DNA of 64,000 nucleotides, taken from the NCBI RefSeq assembly GCF_000315625.1, contig NW_005434574.1:215719-279718 (forward strand). Reading direction: 5' to 3'. A program made the translations under genes and the position numbers. The stretch is from Guillardia theta CCMP2712. Taxonomy: Eukaryota; Protista; Cryptophyta. Below are positions 37,200 through 50,600 of the stretch, one piece after another; position 1 is the stretch's first letter, and each line of letters starts with the position of its first letter. The notes under the pieces are model-generated. The model was given only the letters and a program-made list of their open reading frames with translations. It made no database searches and was not told the DNA's origin.

Positions 37200-39340
37200 A
37201 TTGTGATCCGCAGAGATTGCACGAAGAGAATGAAGCGTTGAGGAAGCAGATTATGATCATCTCGGATGAAAAGCGACTTGTCCCGCAGAAAGTGAGTTTG
37301 CAAGCTTCAAAGTCTCCATGATTGCTTCACTCCCTTCCAACTGCATCTCAGGTTGTTGTCATTCCTTGCTGACATCTGTTGCAGTATGAGAGAAGTGAAG
37401 ACGTTGAACCTGCCTTCGCACGATGGGAGGAAATTTACACACGAGATGGAAATCTTTGTTGCATGTGACATTTTTGTTTCTTCACTACAACAGGACGTTG
37501 TCGTCTCGTGGTCACGGAAGAAGTTTGATCTAGATGCTGCTATCAATCATTTTGCAGAGCTCGAGGCCGCAGGTTGGAATCGAGGAGGAGCAGGTTAAAA
37601 CCAGATGACGGCAAGGCAGGAAAGAAAATCGGAAGCATATGGGAACACATCGTGAAGATGGTGTTGAGGGGAGAGGTAATGATTATCTGCTGTTGTTATG
37701 AGAAGAAATTTCTTGACATCCTGCTGTCTGCTCTGAACTGGCTTCTTGGTTGTCACTTTGACGTTTGTAACAGCTCAATCGGGGAAGATCGGAGGAGATG
37801 AAGAAAGAATTGATCAGTGCGGGTGAGTGAAGAGAGTTTCCAAAGCTCTCCTCAATTTTTTGTTCTCTTGTTCTGCTGTCTACGTCATTTTACAGCTGCT
37901 CACTTGTATGATGTTGTTCATATCCTGAGCGATCCACGACGTTGCTCAATCTTCAATACTTGCATTCTCCTTCTGACTGATGCTAAAGGAATTCCGCTCT
38001 TTGCTCAGAACAAACAACCCGAACAAGACACCTACGATATTGGAAAGTGCACAACACTTTCCAATATTAACGGTATCAGTTTCAGATTACATGTTCTCCA
38101 GGTGGACTCAACTAACAAACTGTGACAGGAGCAGGAGATGCTCTTGAAAGCGATGATGTGATACCGGCACGTGATGTACGTTTCAAACTTCTCCTCTGAG
38201 TCGTCACATGCATGCTGTTTCTTCTCTCAACATTATCTCCTCATATTCCATTCCTGTGTTTCCTTTCGCTCCATCATCTCCATCATGATATTCCCAGCCA
38301 GTTAGTATGCTCCATCTTGTCAACCTGATTATTTCTTTGATCACCTCATGCCTCCATTTTTTCTCATCGCATCTCCCCTGTTTGTCTTCCTGAATTTCTG
38401 ACAGGAGCAAGCTTCAATGAGAGATCTGCGAAAGTTTGCAAACAACACGGACAAGCTTGTTCTCTACCCCACTGGTGAGAATGAAATCGCTCACCCCCCG
38501 CTTCCCTCCTCTCCTTTATCTGCTCGTATGTCTCCCCCTTCTCCACATCGTGCGTCATAATGCTGCAGCTCCTTTGCTGCTCCTGCTCCTGCTCTTGCCT
38601 CTTCCTCCTGCTGCTGCTGCTGCTCCTGCTTCTCCTCCTCCCACTGCCACCACTGATCCTCCCCTCCAGTCGAGCGTCTTCCTGGGGAGTCCCTAGCGGA
38701 CAGGAAGAACGAGTACCTGAGAGAGGCGAGGAAGAAGCTGCTGTCAGCCTGCCATCCTACCCCTCCTAGCAACAAGGAGGTCCTGGAGCTGGCGATGAAG
38801 ATGAAGGCGAAGTCAGATCAAGAGCGAGGGCTGTACTACCGGTGTGATCGGAGGATGTGTTGAATCCGCTGCTCTGCTCTGCTCTGCTCTGCTCTGCTCT
38901 GCTCTGCTCTGCTCTGCTCTGTCCTGTCCTGCCCTGCCCTGCCCTGCCCTGCCCTGCCCTGCTCTGCTCTGCTCTGCTCTGCTCTGCTCTGCTCTGCTCT
39001 GCTCTGCTCTGCTCTGCTCTGCTCTGCTCTTGTGCATTTTGCATTTATCTTCGTCTTCTCTTCTCTCCTCTTTCCTACTTTTCTTCCTTTGCACTTTTCT
39101 CGTCTTCTGCCACTTGCCTTTCCTGCTTGCCGGCATCAACGTGCAAGTGCACTTACAATTCAAACAGCAAAGTGGATGATCGCGATGACAACTACAAGCT
39201 TGACGACTATGAGCTCATGAAAGTAAGCAAACTGCCTCCTCCTCCTCGTTTTCCTCCTGCTTTGTTAACCTGACTGCAATTCCTTAGCGTTATCTCTACC
39301 AAAATCTCTTCAAAGATCGCTCCGGCGAGTATAACTTCTG
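37200..39340 (+). CDS. Multi-exon hypothetical protein (boundaries approximate)
   Basis: Exon blocks RLHEENEALRKQIMIISDEK, DVVVSWSRKKFDLDAAINHF, GIPLFAQNKQPEQDTYDIG and KVDDRDDNYKLDDYELMK|RYLYQNLFKDRSGEYNF*. Confidence 0.35.
38868..39029. repeat. (CTCTG/CCCTG)n pentanucleotide microsatellite
   Basis: Directly visible. Confidence 0.95.
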
Positions 39341-39940
39341 AACACACCAATACAAAAAGCTTCTGAATATAATGAATCATGTGAAAAGAGCCCAGGCTAG
39401 GTCACATGCCCCCGTCTACGCCGGACAGTGCGCTCAACCCCCGCCGGGGGTATCAAGCCGCATGTCCAGCAGTTCGAAGGCAGCACGTAGTGCTGGCAGT
39501 GCCGAGCTGAGCTGAGCTGCCGGGCCCGCCGCAGGTTCAAGTTCGATGGCAGCCTTGGGCCAGTGGGCGCGCCGGGCAGCCAGCCGGGCACTGAGCCGGG
39601 CAGCCAGCGGGCAGCGAGCGAAAAGTAAGGGATGGCCCGCCCCCGCTTGTGTGTCATGGCATGGAAAGTGCTCGAAGCGAGGACGGGAAGAGAAGAGGGA
39701 GGAGGAGGAGGAGGAGGAGGAGGATGAGGAGCGGGGATTAGCAGACGGCACGTACCAGAGCATAGGTAGGAGAAACGCAGGAGCCAGAGCCTGGAAGGGC
39801 AAAGATGATAGAAGGGTTGGAAGAGGAGACGAGCAACATCACAATCTTGTGAAAAGATCACGATCTTGTGAATTTTTTGCTCGGCGATGATGAAAACTTC
39901 TTGCTGTGTATAACAACACCCCATGACATCTTTCAAGACA

Positions 39941-41900
39941 ATGCAGGGACTGGTGGTTGGGAAGGTCCTGGAGTGTGAGAAGATTGCAAACAAGGACAAG
40001 CTCAAGAAGCTCGTGTGAGTGAAACCCGTCCTCCGTTCTCTGCGCTCTCGATCTTGCTCTTGCTGCAGCTCGTCCTGCGTGCTTCTGCTCTTTTGTTTGC
40101 TATCTTCTTCCCGCTGAAACATTTCATCAAGCACTTGTTGTCTTCACTCTCGCTTCTTCAATGCCCTAGATTGACATCAAAAGCACCTTCATCCGTGGTG
40201 TGTTAGCATCGTCTTCAGAATTGGGATTATACCAATCTCATTCATCATTTTCACCTTGTTTGATGTTATTACATTCCTTGATTGCCAGAAAACTACATCG
40301 AAACGTCTTAAACTTTCTTGCAGGGTTGATATCGGGGGAGACGAACAAATCCAGGTCGTCACGAACGCGCCCAACGTAGTTGAGGGGTCCAACGTAATCG
40401 TTGCAACTATTGGATCAAAGGTTAGTCGGAATGCTTTGATGGATGCTCGCAATTAGAAATTGTACGTTTCTTATGCGTTTCTTTCCTGTGTATTGTACAT
40501 GATCATCTTTCTTCTGTGGTTGTTTCACACGCGTTTGCCTGATCGTCAGCTATTTTCGTGTACAGTCTACCATGTTCGAACTACCATGATTTAGATCCTG
40601 CTCTTGTAATCCTTCAATCTCTCTAGGTTCAACTTGACGGCGAGGACGTGGAGGTCAAGGAGGCGACGGTGGGAGGAGAGAAGAGTCAGGGTATGCTGTG
40701 TAAGTCTGAACCTGCTTCACGCTTGCATCCTGCCGCACCTGAGAGGCTTGTCGATCCTCAGGTGACTCCGTCATGCTAGGATGGTCAGGTGAAGGGAACG
40801 TGGAGGAGGAGGAGAAATCCTGAGAAATGGGCAGGAGGAGGAGCAGGGAATGCGGCACTGGTGCCAGACACCTTCAGTCCAGGTAGCAAGATCATGGGAA
40901 ACGAATCAATGACTCATGCTGTTCTGTTTTTGTCCGATTGTTTTCCTTCCTCTGTCTGCCCTGCCTTGATCCTGCTTCCTTCCCGTCCCGTCTCCTGTCC
41001 TGCCCTGCTCTGCCTGGTCCTCCCTCCTCTCCCCTCCTCTCCCCTCCTCTCCCCTCCCCTCCTCTTCCCTGCTCTCTCCTTCTCTTTCCGCTCCTTGTTC
41101 AGGGGACGCTCCCCCGGAAAAGCGACCAAGGATGGACGGCAAGGTTTTCTTTCCCCACTCTCTTGTTCTTTTAATCCTTGTTCCCTTCTTCATCTCACTT
41201 TCCTCCTCCTCCTCCCTCTCTCCTCCTCCTCCTCCTCCTCCTCCTCCTCCTCCTCCTCCTTCTCCTTCTTCTTGAAGCATCCTCTGCTTTCTCTGCCTCT
41301 TGTTTCTATATGCCATTCTTCATCTTGTTTGCTTGACGTTAGGGTGCGAGCAGACGACTGAGTCGGTGGAGGAGGAGGCAGCTCCCCTGAGTGCCAAGGA
41401 AAAGAGAAAGGCAGCAAAAGAAGCAAAGAAGGCGGCAAAAGGTTTCTCCTTGAAACCTTTTGAATGACGATTAGTATGAGAAAAAAGGGAAGGAGGAGAA
41501 AGAGAGAAGGAAGGAGGATGGATGTGATGATGATGATGATGATGATGATGACGACCACGACGTTGATGATGATGACGATGATGGATGATGATGATGACGG
41601 TGGTGGAGATGATGATGATGATGATGGAGATGAAGTTGTTGTTGTTGTTTGCTGTCGATGATGGTGGTGATAGTGATGGTGATGATGGAGATGATGAGGA
41701 TGAGGATGAGGATGGGTTATTGTGTTGTTCCTTCTCAGCTGCATGCGGCTGTTATTTGTGTAGACGCTTTTTTTGTGCTATCTCCTCGAATTGTCCTAAA
41801 ATGCCTCAAGTTGCTTCGGTGAATGACTTTGATGTCCAGGATCTGATTGAGCTCACACTGCAAAAGATAGACATGTTTACATCATTTTCTCCATATCTTC
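39941..41900 (+). CDS. tRNA-binding OB-fold domain protein (Trbp111/PheRS-beta B2/YtpR-like)
   Basis: Spliced: MQGLVVGKVLECEKIANKDKLKKLV|VDIGGDEQIQVVTNAPNVVEGSNVIVATIGSK|VQLDGEDVEVKEATVGGEKSQGMLC|DSVMLGWSG|GGAGNAALVPDTFSPG, then a K/A/E-rich tail. The 3' end is uncertain. Confidence 0.85.
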
Positions 41901-42025
41901 ACTCTCTCCGGTGATACTCAGGATTGAAGGAACATTCTTCTGCGATCTCACATCTTTTTGTTTAATCACAATGATTGAATACAAGTTGTCAGTCGAAGAT
42001 TTCTGATTTTTCCCTTCTCAGCCTT

Positions 42026-43448
42026 TCATGGCTTGTCCCACCGAGTCTCTCCCGTCTGTGTGTTCCTGCGACAAATTTAGTCATGAGCATAAACTAGCTC
42101 ACTGCAGCGGTGCGAAGGGCAGGAAGAGGAGGGAGGGAGTGGAGGACAGTGGGAGAGGAGGGAGGGAGTGGAGGAGGGAAATGAATGTGTGTGTGTTGGG
42201 GGGGGGGGGTTGGGAGGGGGGAAGGGGTGGAGGGGAGGAGGAAGAGGAGAAGAGAGGGAAAGGAGGACGGACAGGGATGAGGATGGAAAGAGAGAAGTGA
42301 AAGAGGGTGATAGAGTAACAGGAAGGATGTAAGCAGATCGAAGGAGAAAAAGATGTAGAGAAGAGAGGGAAGAAGCGAAGGAGCTACAGCGAAAGCACTG
42401 AAGCATTCAACAGGCCCTTACCAGTAATACGGCTTCCCGCTTGCCTGGTCCATCACCTCCTGCCATCCAGCCGGTAGCTCCTCCTGCTCCTTCCTTGCTC
42501 CCTCAACTGCCTGCGTCGCTCCAAGAGGAGAGCTCTCCTTATTTCCTCCGAACAACCCTCCCAAGAATCCTCCCAGCCCTGCCATGGGGTTTGCAGGCTG
42601 ACTATCGTCCACCCATCCCTCGTCAACGTAGTCACCCTCCACGTCTACGTACGACTTGAAGAAATCCTGCGGTACACAGTGAGGATGCGAAGGAGTAGTA
42701 GAGGGACGTGGGTGGAGGAAGAGGAGGAGGAGGAGGAGGAGGAGGAGGAGTTGCAGCTGTTGTAACAGAAGTTGCAGCAGCAGCAGAAGCAAGAGGAGGA
42801 GGAGAACGAGCAGAACAACAGAGGGCAGCATCTTACCCCTGAGGATCCTGTTGCAGCCCTTCTTGCGAATGCCGCGTCAAGCATGCTCAAGGCCTGCTTG
42901 ACCGTCTTTCCCTGCTCCAGGATCTTTACTGCATCCTCCTGGGACATTCCCTCCTCCACAAGTCTCGCCACATCCTCTGGGTTTGCCTGCGCTCTCAGCA
43001 TGCATCGAGAACCACGAGAAGCGACAGTTCTGGAGGGATTGAAGAGAGAGGAGGGGGGGGGGGGCGGTCCTGGTAAGAGAAATGTCGGTCAGTCGAACGA
43101 ACCGAGCCTTGTCGACTCTACAATGATGTCCTCGTCTTGTACGCAACATGGAGGGAAACGAGAAAAAGAGAAATGGATGGAAGTAGAAATGAGAGAGGAA
43201 GGATGAATCAGCACAAAGAAGATGGCATAATAGAAAGGGAAGGAGAACGCGCGACAGTACAAGGGATTGCCAGGGTGGGTTTGACCCGGATAGAAGGAGG
43301 GCATGCCGTCTATATAGTGAGGATGCTGCAGTTTCGCTGCCTCACCTTTCAAGCTGATTGAGCTCAGTGAGCTAAGCGTGAACGACATGCTCGGAATGGC
43401 CAGCGCTGCCATCGCTGCCATGCGCACAAGACTCCGGGCACCTGCCAT
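42026..43448 (-). CDS. WW-domain protein with signal-peptide-like N-terminus
   Basis: [19 protein letters not shown]|[12 protein letters not shown] is a complete WW domain across an intron. A UBA-like helix ([18 protein letters not shown]) precedes it. N-terminus [25 protein letters not shown]. Confidence 0.8.
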
Positions 43449-44083
43449 TTCGGCCCCCTGCAAGGATATACCCACCCCAATGTATCGGGGTACTTATGGT
43501 CAGACGGAGGGGTATCACATACCTAAAGCAAAGTTCATTCTGTAAAAATGTTGAGAACGAAAACTCAATGCATGAAGGAAGTTGACCGGAAGAGCATAAT
43601 GTGAAGGTTGCGTGCGAGCGTGATAGGTTTGATCAAGGATATGTTGAGACTTGTCTTGCAAGACACGATGGACGTCAAGTTATAGGATTGTTTGAAACGA
43701 TGAACTCAACAAGATCGAGACAAGATGATTCAAGGACTGCTTGGAAGGCGGATTGAACTCGACAGAGCAAGTCATTCTCGGTTGTGAGCTGCGTTGAATG
43801 ATATGGAACATTATAATATTCTAGCCCATGTTCGTGCTCTAATGATCAATGCGGTTTGATCATGCAACAAGGCCTTGAAGAAGCAATACCTAAGACAGTC
43901 ATTCATGGATTCTTGACAGCAAGAAAGCAAGGTATATCAGGAACTTTGACCACAGTATTATGTTCAGTCCAATTCATTGCAAACCATTATCAAACATAAG
44001 ATGAATATATACATGGTACAAATGCTGAAGTCCAGAAAAAAATACCCCCCCCCTACATCGCGTCTCTTCGTTGGCGCAAGTTT

Positions 44084-44671
44084 CTACATATCGCCACCAC
44101 TCCTCACTCTCTTAACAACACACTCCACGTTGTGGTCCGACTGATATGAAGGACAAGAAGGTATTCTCTGGAAAGCGAACCCAGGCTCCTTCCCATGCTC
44201 GATCTCCTCCAGTGTCGCATCGTAGACCGCAAAGTTCCTTGCGATGATGCTGGCATAGTACCTGCTACCGCTGCTGCTCCGGTGCAGGTGGCTCTTGGCA
44301 ACGTAACGCGAGGTACCGGAAGAGAAGCTGCTCGTTGGGGAGCGACGCTCGGGCGAGACAGAGGTTTCCCTCGTTCTATGCATCTCGACGGCTGGAACTT
44401 GTCTTCTTGTCCTTTTCTGCTCCAGCACAAGCTCTTCCAGGATTGTTGTGCTATGAACTTTCGATTGAATGGGAGCGAACTCAACGTGCTTTGGAGAGCT
44501 GTCGCCGATCTTGGGGGATAAAGCCGTCGAAGGAGATGGAGGATTCAACGCTGATTTTCTCTTTGTTGTCTTCTTCTTGATCACTATTCCGAAGAGAAGA
44601 GATGAGAAGAGCAAGAGAATCGAAGCAGGTAGCAAGAGATCATTTATCATGGCTCCGTGGCGTATCGTCAT
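44084..44671 (-). CDS. Hypothetical protein, one N-terminal TM helix
   Basis: 195-aa ATG ORF. Hydrophobic LLLPASILLLFSSLLFGIVI is followed by KKKTTKRK and a Ser/Pro-rich tail. Confidence 0.55.
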   Translation of the reverse strand: MTIRHGAMINDLLLPASILLLFSSLLFGIVIKKKTTKRKSALNPPSPSTALSPKIGDSSPKHVEFAPIQSKVHSTTILEELVLEQKRTRRQVPAVEMHRTRETSVSPERRSPTSSFSSGTSRYVAKSHLHRSSSGSRYYASIIARNFAVYDATLEEIEHGKEPGFAFQRIPSCPSYQSDHNVECVVKRVRSGGDM

Positions 44672-45699
44672 TTGCAGCTATCAACCTCCAACTACGCACT
44701 CAGGGTTCTTACAAATAGGAACGGTTCCTTCCAATATCTGTGTGCAGTAGCAGGAGACAGGAAGGGAGGGAGGAGCTACGAAGAAGAGAACAAACAAGAG
44801 TAGGTGAGCTAGGTCGGGAACAGAGGACGAAGGACTGCAGTAGCGAAAGGGGGACGAACGTGGGGCGATTGAGTTTCGGAAGGAGGTAAATCTATCGAAG
44901 AAAATGATATGATCAAAAGTGGGGGTGGGGGTGGTGAGTATCCGGAATTAGGGGGTGAGGTACAGATATCCCAAAGCTTGGAGCTCTATCTATTCGTACA
45001 AGATTTTGAACTTTGCAAATAATTTTACAAATTAATCAGCATGTCTTGTGGATATCTCTCAAGTTGTTTCAAAATCTCATATGGGTCTAAGGACACGCTT
45101 AAGCGGAAGAGGTGGTTGATCATTTGCTGGGGTGGTATCGGCAGGTGGTAGGGTACAAGTCTCAAAAATGGTGGTAGGGTGGTATTCGTGAGGCCGATAT
45201 CCCCTCTTTGCTGACTGGAACGCGACATAGTATATCTATATATGAACCTTTTGACCGAAAACATTTGTACCAGAGTTACTTCATTGTTATATATATAATC
45301 TGTGAACAGATGTATTTTCGATAATATTATAAATAAAATGAGATTACCCTGCATTCCACCTTTGATAGTACCCGTAGACGAACTCATCGTATCTCTTTCC
45401 TCGTGACCTTGTAGATATGAAAAAGAATGTTTTCGAATCTTCAAATCACAGGCAGTCATATGAAGCCCAGCCAAAGGGTCACAAGGGGCAGAAATGAAGA
45501 AATACTCCAGATAATAGTGATCAATTTTGATGCCTTTCTATTCTTCTGAATTACCCCTCCCTTCTATATGAAAATAAAGGGTCTGTTGGAAACGGAGGTG
45601 GTCAATTGGAAAGGACCTAACTGAGGCGGACTGGATATGAGGTTCAAAAATAAAGATTACAAAAAATCCCATTAAAGCGAATCACGTACCGTCAAAGGT

Positions 45700-46980
45700 A
45701 ACGTGACCATAGTTTCCCCCTTCGGACATCACGGTAAAGCGAGACCGACTGCGGCAGGGAACCAACACGGACCATCGGAACGGTCCGATCCTTTGAACCT
45801 CAGAGGCTGGTCGGACATACAACGGCTTCCGGAGTCCGACGACCGTCAGCCGAAAACTTTGATTGCAAACTTCGGGCCCGGGCCGAGAGCCTCCCGTGAC
45901 CTCGGCGCCGCGGCCCCCGACTCGGCGGCCCGGATCCGATCACAGAGTCCCGATCATTGGTGTCGGACCGTCCGATCCGGTCGGCCGCGGCCCGGGCCGT
46001 GCGGCCGCCGCCGGTCCGGGCGGGGGGCGTTGCCCGGCCAACTCACGGTTTACTATCACCGTCACAGCCTGCAGGCTGACCGTGACTCTCAGTGATTCAC
46101 GGTCCGGTCTGCGGCGCCGGAGCCGCCTGGAGTCCGATCGGAGTGCGGCTGGCTGAGCCGTCGCCGCGGGCCGGGGCCGGGCGGCCTGAGTGACTCGTCA
46201 CGGCAGTGAGTCGCGCTGCCGCAAGCGGCCGCCGTCGCCGTGTGCTGGGCTGGCACAGTCCGATCGGACGGTCGGACGGTCACGCGGCGGCGGCCCGCGC
46301 GGCCAACTCACTGTCAGGCCCGATACCGGGCCCGGCCGCCGAGTCGGAGCCCGGGCCGTGTTCATTCACCACTGAAGTAGACTCAGGCCTTTGCGCCGCC
46401 GTACGGTCACTGTCCCTGTCGGCCCACCTCCGATTGAATGACAGTGAATGGAGTTTCCGGTCTCATCATGAGTCTGGCCCACTGGCCCACTGCCAAGCCT
46501 CAACGGTTCACCGTTGCCTGCGCCTCGGCGGGGCTGGAAGCTGACTTGAAGTAAATCAGTAGAAGTTTGGAAGCTCCTTTCATGTTACGGTGTTCTATTG
46601 CCCCAGACGTCAAGTCACTAGTAAATCGCACCAAGTTTTCTTCATTTTCCACCATATTCTCTTTAGGAGAAACGTCCGATGGCTTCCCACCAATGAGCAT
46701 CAACTAAAAGGCTCTTTACTCGTACTGATCATCCTCCTTCTCTCTGCAAGTTATCTTTTGAAAGCTTGCGCCGACTGACGGCACCACGACTCGTGTACAG
46801 CAAACAGTGAGCGGCTGCTGCTTCACGGCAGCTCGTGCCGGATGACTCGGGAAAAAGCTCTCGGAGATCGGATGATCGTCAGGCCCTGTGCGACGAAAGC
46901 TGCCCCAGATCGTAGCCCGGGCTGTACTACTCAGTCGGCCCGGGCCGCCGCGGCTCACGGCGACGGGGCCCAGTGGCTGG
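45700..46980. repeat. GC-rich palindromic-word island, interrupted by an AT-rich block at ~46545-46765
   Basis: Composition as in the other islands. Confidence 0.6.
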
Positions 46981-47188
46981 CCAGAAGAATTGCACGAGCT
47001 TTTATGAAAGACTACTGAGGCTGAAGACAATGATTGATCCTCAGGATTTTGAGCATGCTTCATGCACCGCACATGGTTCTACTAATCAGCATTGCTAGTT
47101 CATTCGTGTTGCGAATGCCACAGCTCTCTCTACACAAGACACAAAAATACATCTACACACTATACAACATCTCTACTGCAACCCAAAT

Positions 47189-47642
47189 CTAAACACGAAG
47201 AGAAGCTGCTTCCCTGTTGATCTCCTTGGTACTGCAATTATGACCGCTCGCGTGCCTGACAGAGAAGAGAGCGCATATGCTGCGCGCGGTGTCCGAGCTC
47301 TGATTCATGGCAGTCAACAACCTAGCTCTCTTTGCTGCTCGCTCTGCTTCGTCACAATCCTGAAACAAGGGTCAGAATAAAGCAGGAACAGCAAGCGTTG
47401 TCGAGAGATCAGCTTCCAAGTGAAGGGATAGTATCGACAAGACATGTGAGGTGACAAGGTTTGGTAAACAAACAACGAAATAACAGGCCACAACGAGTTT
47501 TCACCTGATCATCTGAAACGCTTCTCCTCTTTCCACAGGGGCTTGGAGGTGAGCAAGCATCGAAGGAGAGGGGGCGTTTGTACTGCGAGAGGACCGTTAT
47601 CTTGAGCACTCTTCCAGGATACGTCCTGATGATCGCCTGCAT
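47189..47642 (-). CDS. Small two-exon hypothetical protein (paralog A)
   Basis: MQAIIRTYPGRVLKITVLS…VSDDQ | phase-0 intron 47360-47504 | DCDEAERAAKRARLLTAMNQSSDTARSICALF…LRV*. Homologous to 51894-52491. Confidence 0.7.
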
Positions 47643-50600
47643 CTTATTGTTCGAGCTCTGCGAAAGATTCTGCATGCGGCCGCCACAAACAGCCCCGATA
47701 TGCAATTTATCAAGCAAGTTCCAGATGTCGGAGAAGAAATTCAGAGTTGTCTCGCGAAGCTGTTGCTACACGTCTTCTTCACAATGGGGTTGCAAGCTTA
47801 CGACTGTTGGTCTAACCTATGTAGAGCCTTCAACAATCCAGCGATGCCGTGCTAATCAATGAGGTTGGACTTTAGTTTCTTCCTGTAGCCTCGCTCTGGT
47901 TGATGATTCCTAGTGCTTTCCAACAGCCTTGAGCTCAGCTTACACCAAAGAAATAAGGCTCCGAAGATGCTGAGTCGCAATGCACGACCGGGCAGCTAAC
48001 AGCCGGAGATAGTATGGACGAGGAAGCGGTAGACGCGAAAGCTACTCTGCACTGATAAGAGGAGTCAGAGAAGTGTGAAGAGATAAGGAAAGGAAGGTAG
48101 CCGCGAGCACTGGGGGAGGAGGAGGACGGGAAGCGGGTGTTGAAGGAGCGGAAAGGAGCGGCCGGACCAAGACAAAGTTGGCCCCCTTGCCTAGTTACCA
48201 CCCCAACCCTCCTTCGGTCAACCCCCACCCCCTCTTTTCCCTACTTGCACCCCACGGATTGACCCTGTAAAATGGGTAACTCCCTCCGGTCAAAAATCTG
48301 TACCTCATGTCGAGCCAAGACTCCTGACCCCTACCCCCTATTCATCCTTTCTGTACCCCACCTTTGGTCACTCTTTACCACCCCATTCCATGGACCATCC
48401 TGGTACCGCAAATCCGTGTGAAATTGATAAGTAAAACTTATCTGGTACCATTATCTGATGTACCCCCACCGTGCCTCTGGACCGCCTTTTCACTGTCTTT
48501 GGGAAGGGACACATTTCCATGACCAGGGGTCTGATGGAGTCGTTGACCAGGGGTACGATAGAGGCGCTCAGGGACTGAAAGTAACTTTCACCGGGTACTT
48601 TTCCAGTAAAAGAACGGGTACACTTCAACATGGACCCCACCTCCGATAAATTGTGACCATCGCCGTTTTCCGATAGTGCTCATAAGAACTACCCCACCCC
48701 TAGTTTTACCTGCGAATAGCCACAGCCCTTGAGAACGAGGGGGGCAGGCCCAAGGCCTTTGTTCATTTACGGTAGGGTGGGGTCTTTTCCGGGGTAAAAT
48801 TTAGGGAAACAAGGGGTACTATTCATACTGGAAGTACAACCCCGAAGTTGACTGCCCATGGGTTCAGAGAGTCGGAAAGGGGGTTCATACCAGCATTCAC
48901 GAGGAGGGTAGGGTACTGCTTTCCTTTGCAGGAAGTGGTGTAGTAAAGTCATGATTGAGGTTTCCCGCGCAAAAGATCGCAAGGAGGGGGTAGGGTCCTG
49001 AGAAACGGAATCGGTTCAGTAGATGTACGGTAACAGAAATGTATGGGTGGTAGGTCCATTTCTTGTGTGAATGATGGTAATATCCGACCTCCTTTACAGC
49101 ACAGAGGGGTAGGGTGGTACCCTGCAGCATGGGTGGCTGAACATGGGAAATTGGGGAGTATATTGCAACAGGGGACGATCGAGGGTGGGTAGGACAATTG
49201 GGAAGACAATTGCGAAAATAGCGTCACAACCGACAAAAGTTTTTGTGCTACCGTACAAATCCCTGGAAATTGGAGGGGTACATGCAGAGGCGTATCTTGT
49301 TACGACTGGAAAAGAGATGGAACGTTGTGAACCAATGACTCTTCACAAGAGACTGTAATGGAAAAGAGAACGCTTCATTTAGATATATGACGAGGAGGTC
49401 AGCAATTGAAGTTTGAAACCATACAAGCTCATGACCCCCGCGAGTCCAGATTTGAAAGGAACTTTTCAAATATTCCAGCAGACTTTGAAATATCTGTGAA
49501 CCTTATCACGATTTATTTTTATTCCGTTTTCTGAGGGCAATTTGCTATTTTTGTAATCGTTTGTATAGCAAACATGGCAGATCAGTGCAAACGAAAGTTG
49601 AGCCGCAGTAGTGTGTGCTGTTTGTTTGGTTCGTCTTGATCCGACCAGAGATACGCTAACACCATCAAGTTTACTCTATAGAACGTCTCTCAATAACACA
49701 GGGGGGGGGGGGTGGAGGAAAGGAGATTCTGGAACACAACTCTGTGTTAGTTCGAAGTGCTTTCTACTTTCATGAAAGCTAGTGCCGGAAACCGTTCTTT
49801 GCCAAACTTGCAATCGACAGTGCCGGAAATGCTCAGGATTCCAAGGATCGAAGCAAAACAGATGGAGACAAGTTGGGAAGAGGGGGTGGCGACGTAGGAA
49901 AAGTGGGTGGATACTTGCGACCTGGGTTAGAAGGTGACTCAGTGAGAGGGAACTGAATCCGTCTTGTAAAGTGTTCAGTTTCAAAGCTTCCAAAGTCCCT
50001 GCTCCCTAGTTTAATAAGAAATTTCAACCCGTGTATTCCAGCTGTCAAGTGGCTTCCTCTCATGTTGAGAGAGTTCCATCGCTGAATTGCTCAAACGATT
50101 GCCTTCCAATGTAAGCAATTTTCTGATAAATGTTCAACTTGGCAAGCCATGCCATCTGATACGCCTTCAATTCAACGTACGCACTGCCGCAAAGACTGCG
50201 GTCCGTCATCGTTGTCTTTTTCAGATCATTCATTATACTCTCATCCACCAAAAGCAACGCATCACGACCCCTGAGTCTGTCCTTCTCCATGCCCAGCGGT
50301 TCCCGAAGTTCTATGTGCCCGTTTTCTGGAGTCGCCAGCCCGGGCCGGCGGTGGCGCCCCGGCGGGGGCCGTATCACTGAGATTGTTGCTAGTGACACCC
50401 GGATTCAACTTGAAACTTTGCAACTACAAGATTCAAGCCTCAAACTTTGCAACTTTTTGCAATCTGGTATATTATAATTATAGAAGTGTTTTTGAACAGG
50501 CTGGCTAAAAACCAGTTTTATATGAAGGGTTTGGTTTTGAAAACTGGTCATACCGTCGGGTAGAGAGTTTTGGGAAATCATCATGAAATATTCCGAATAT

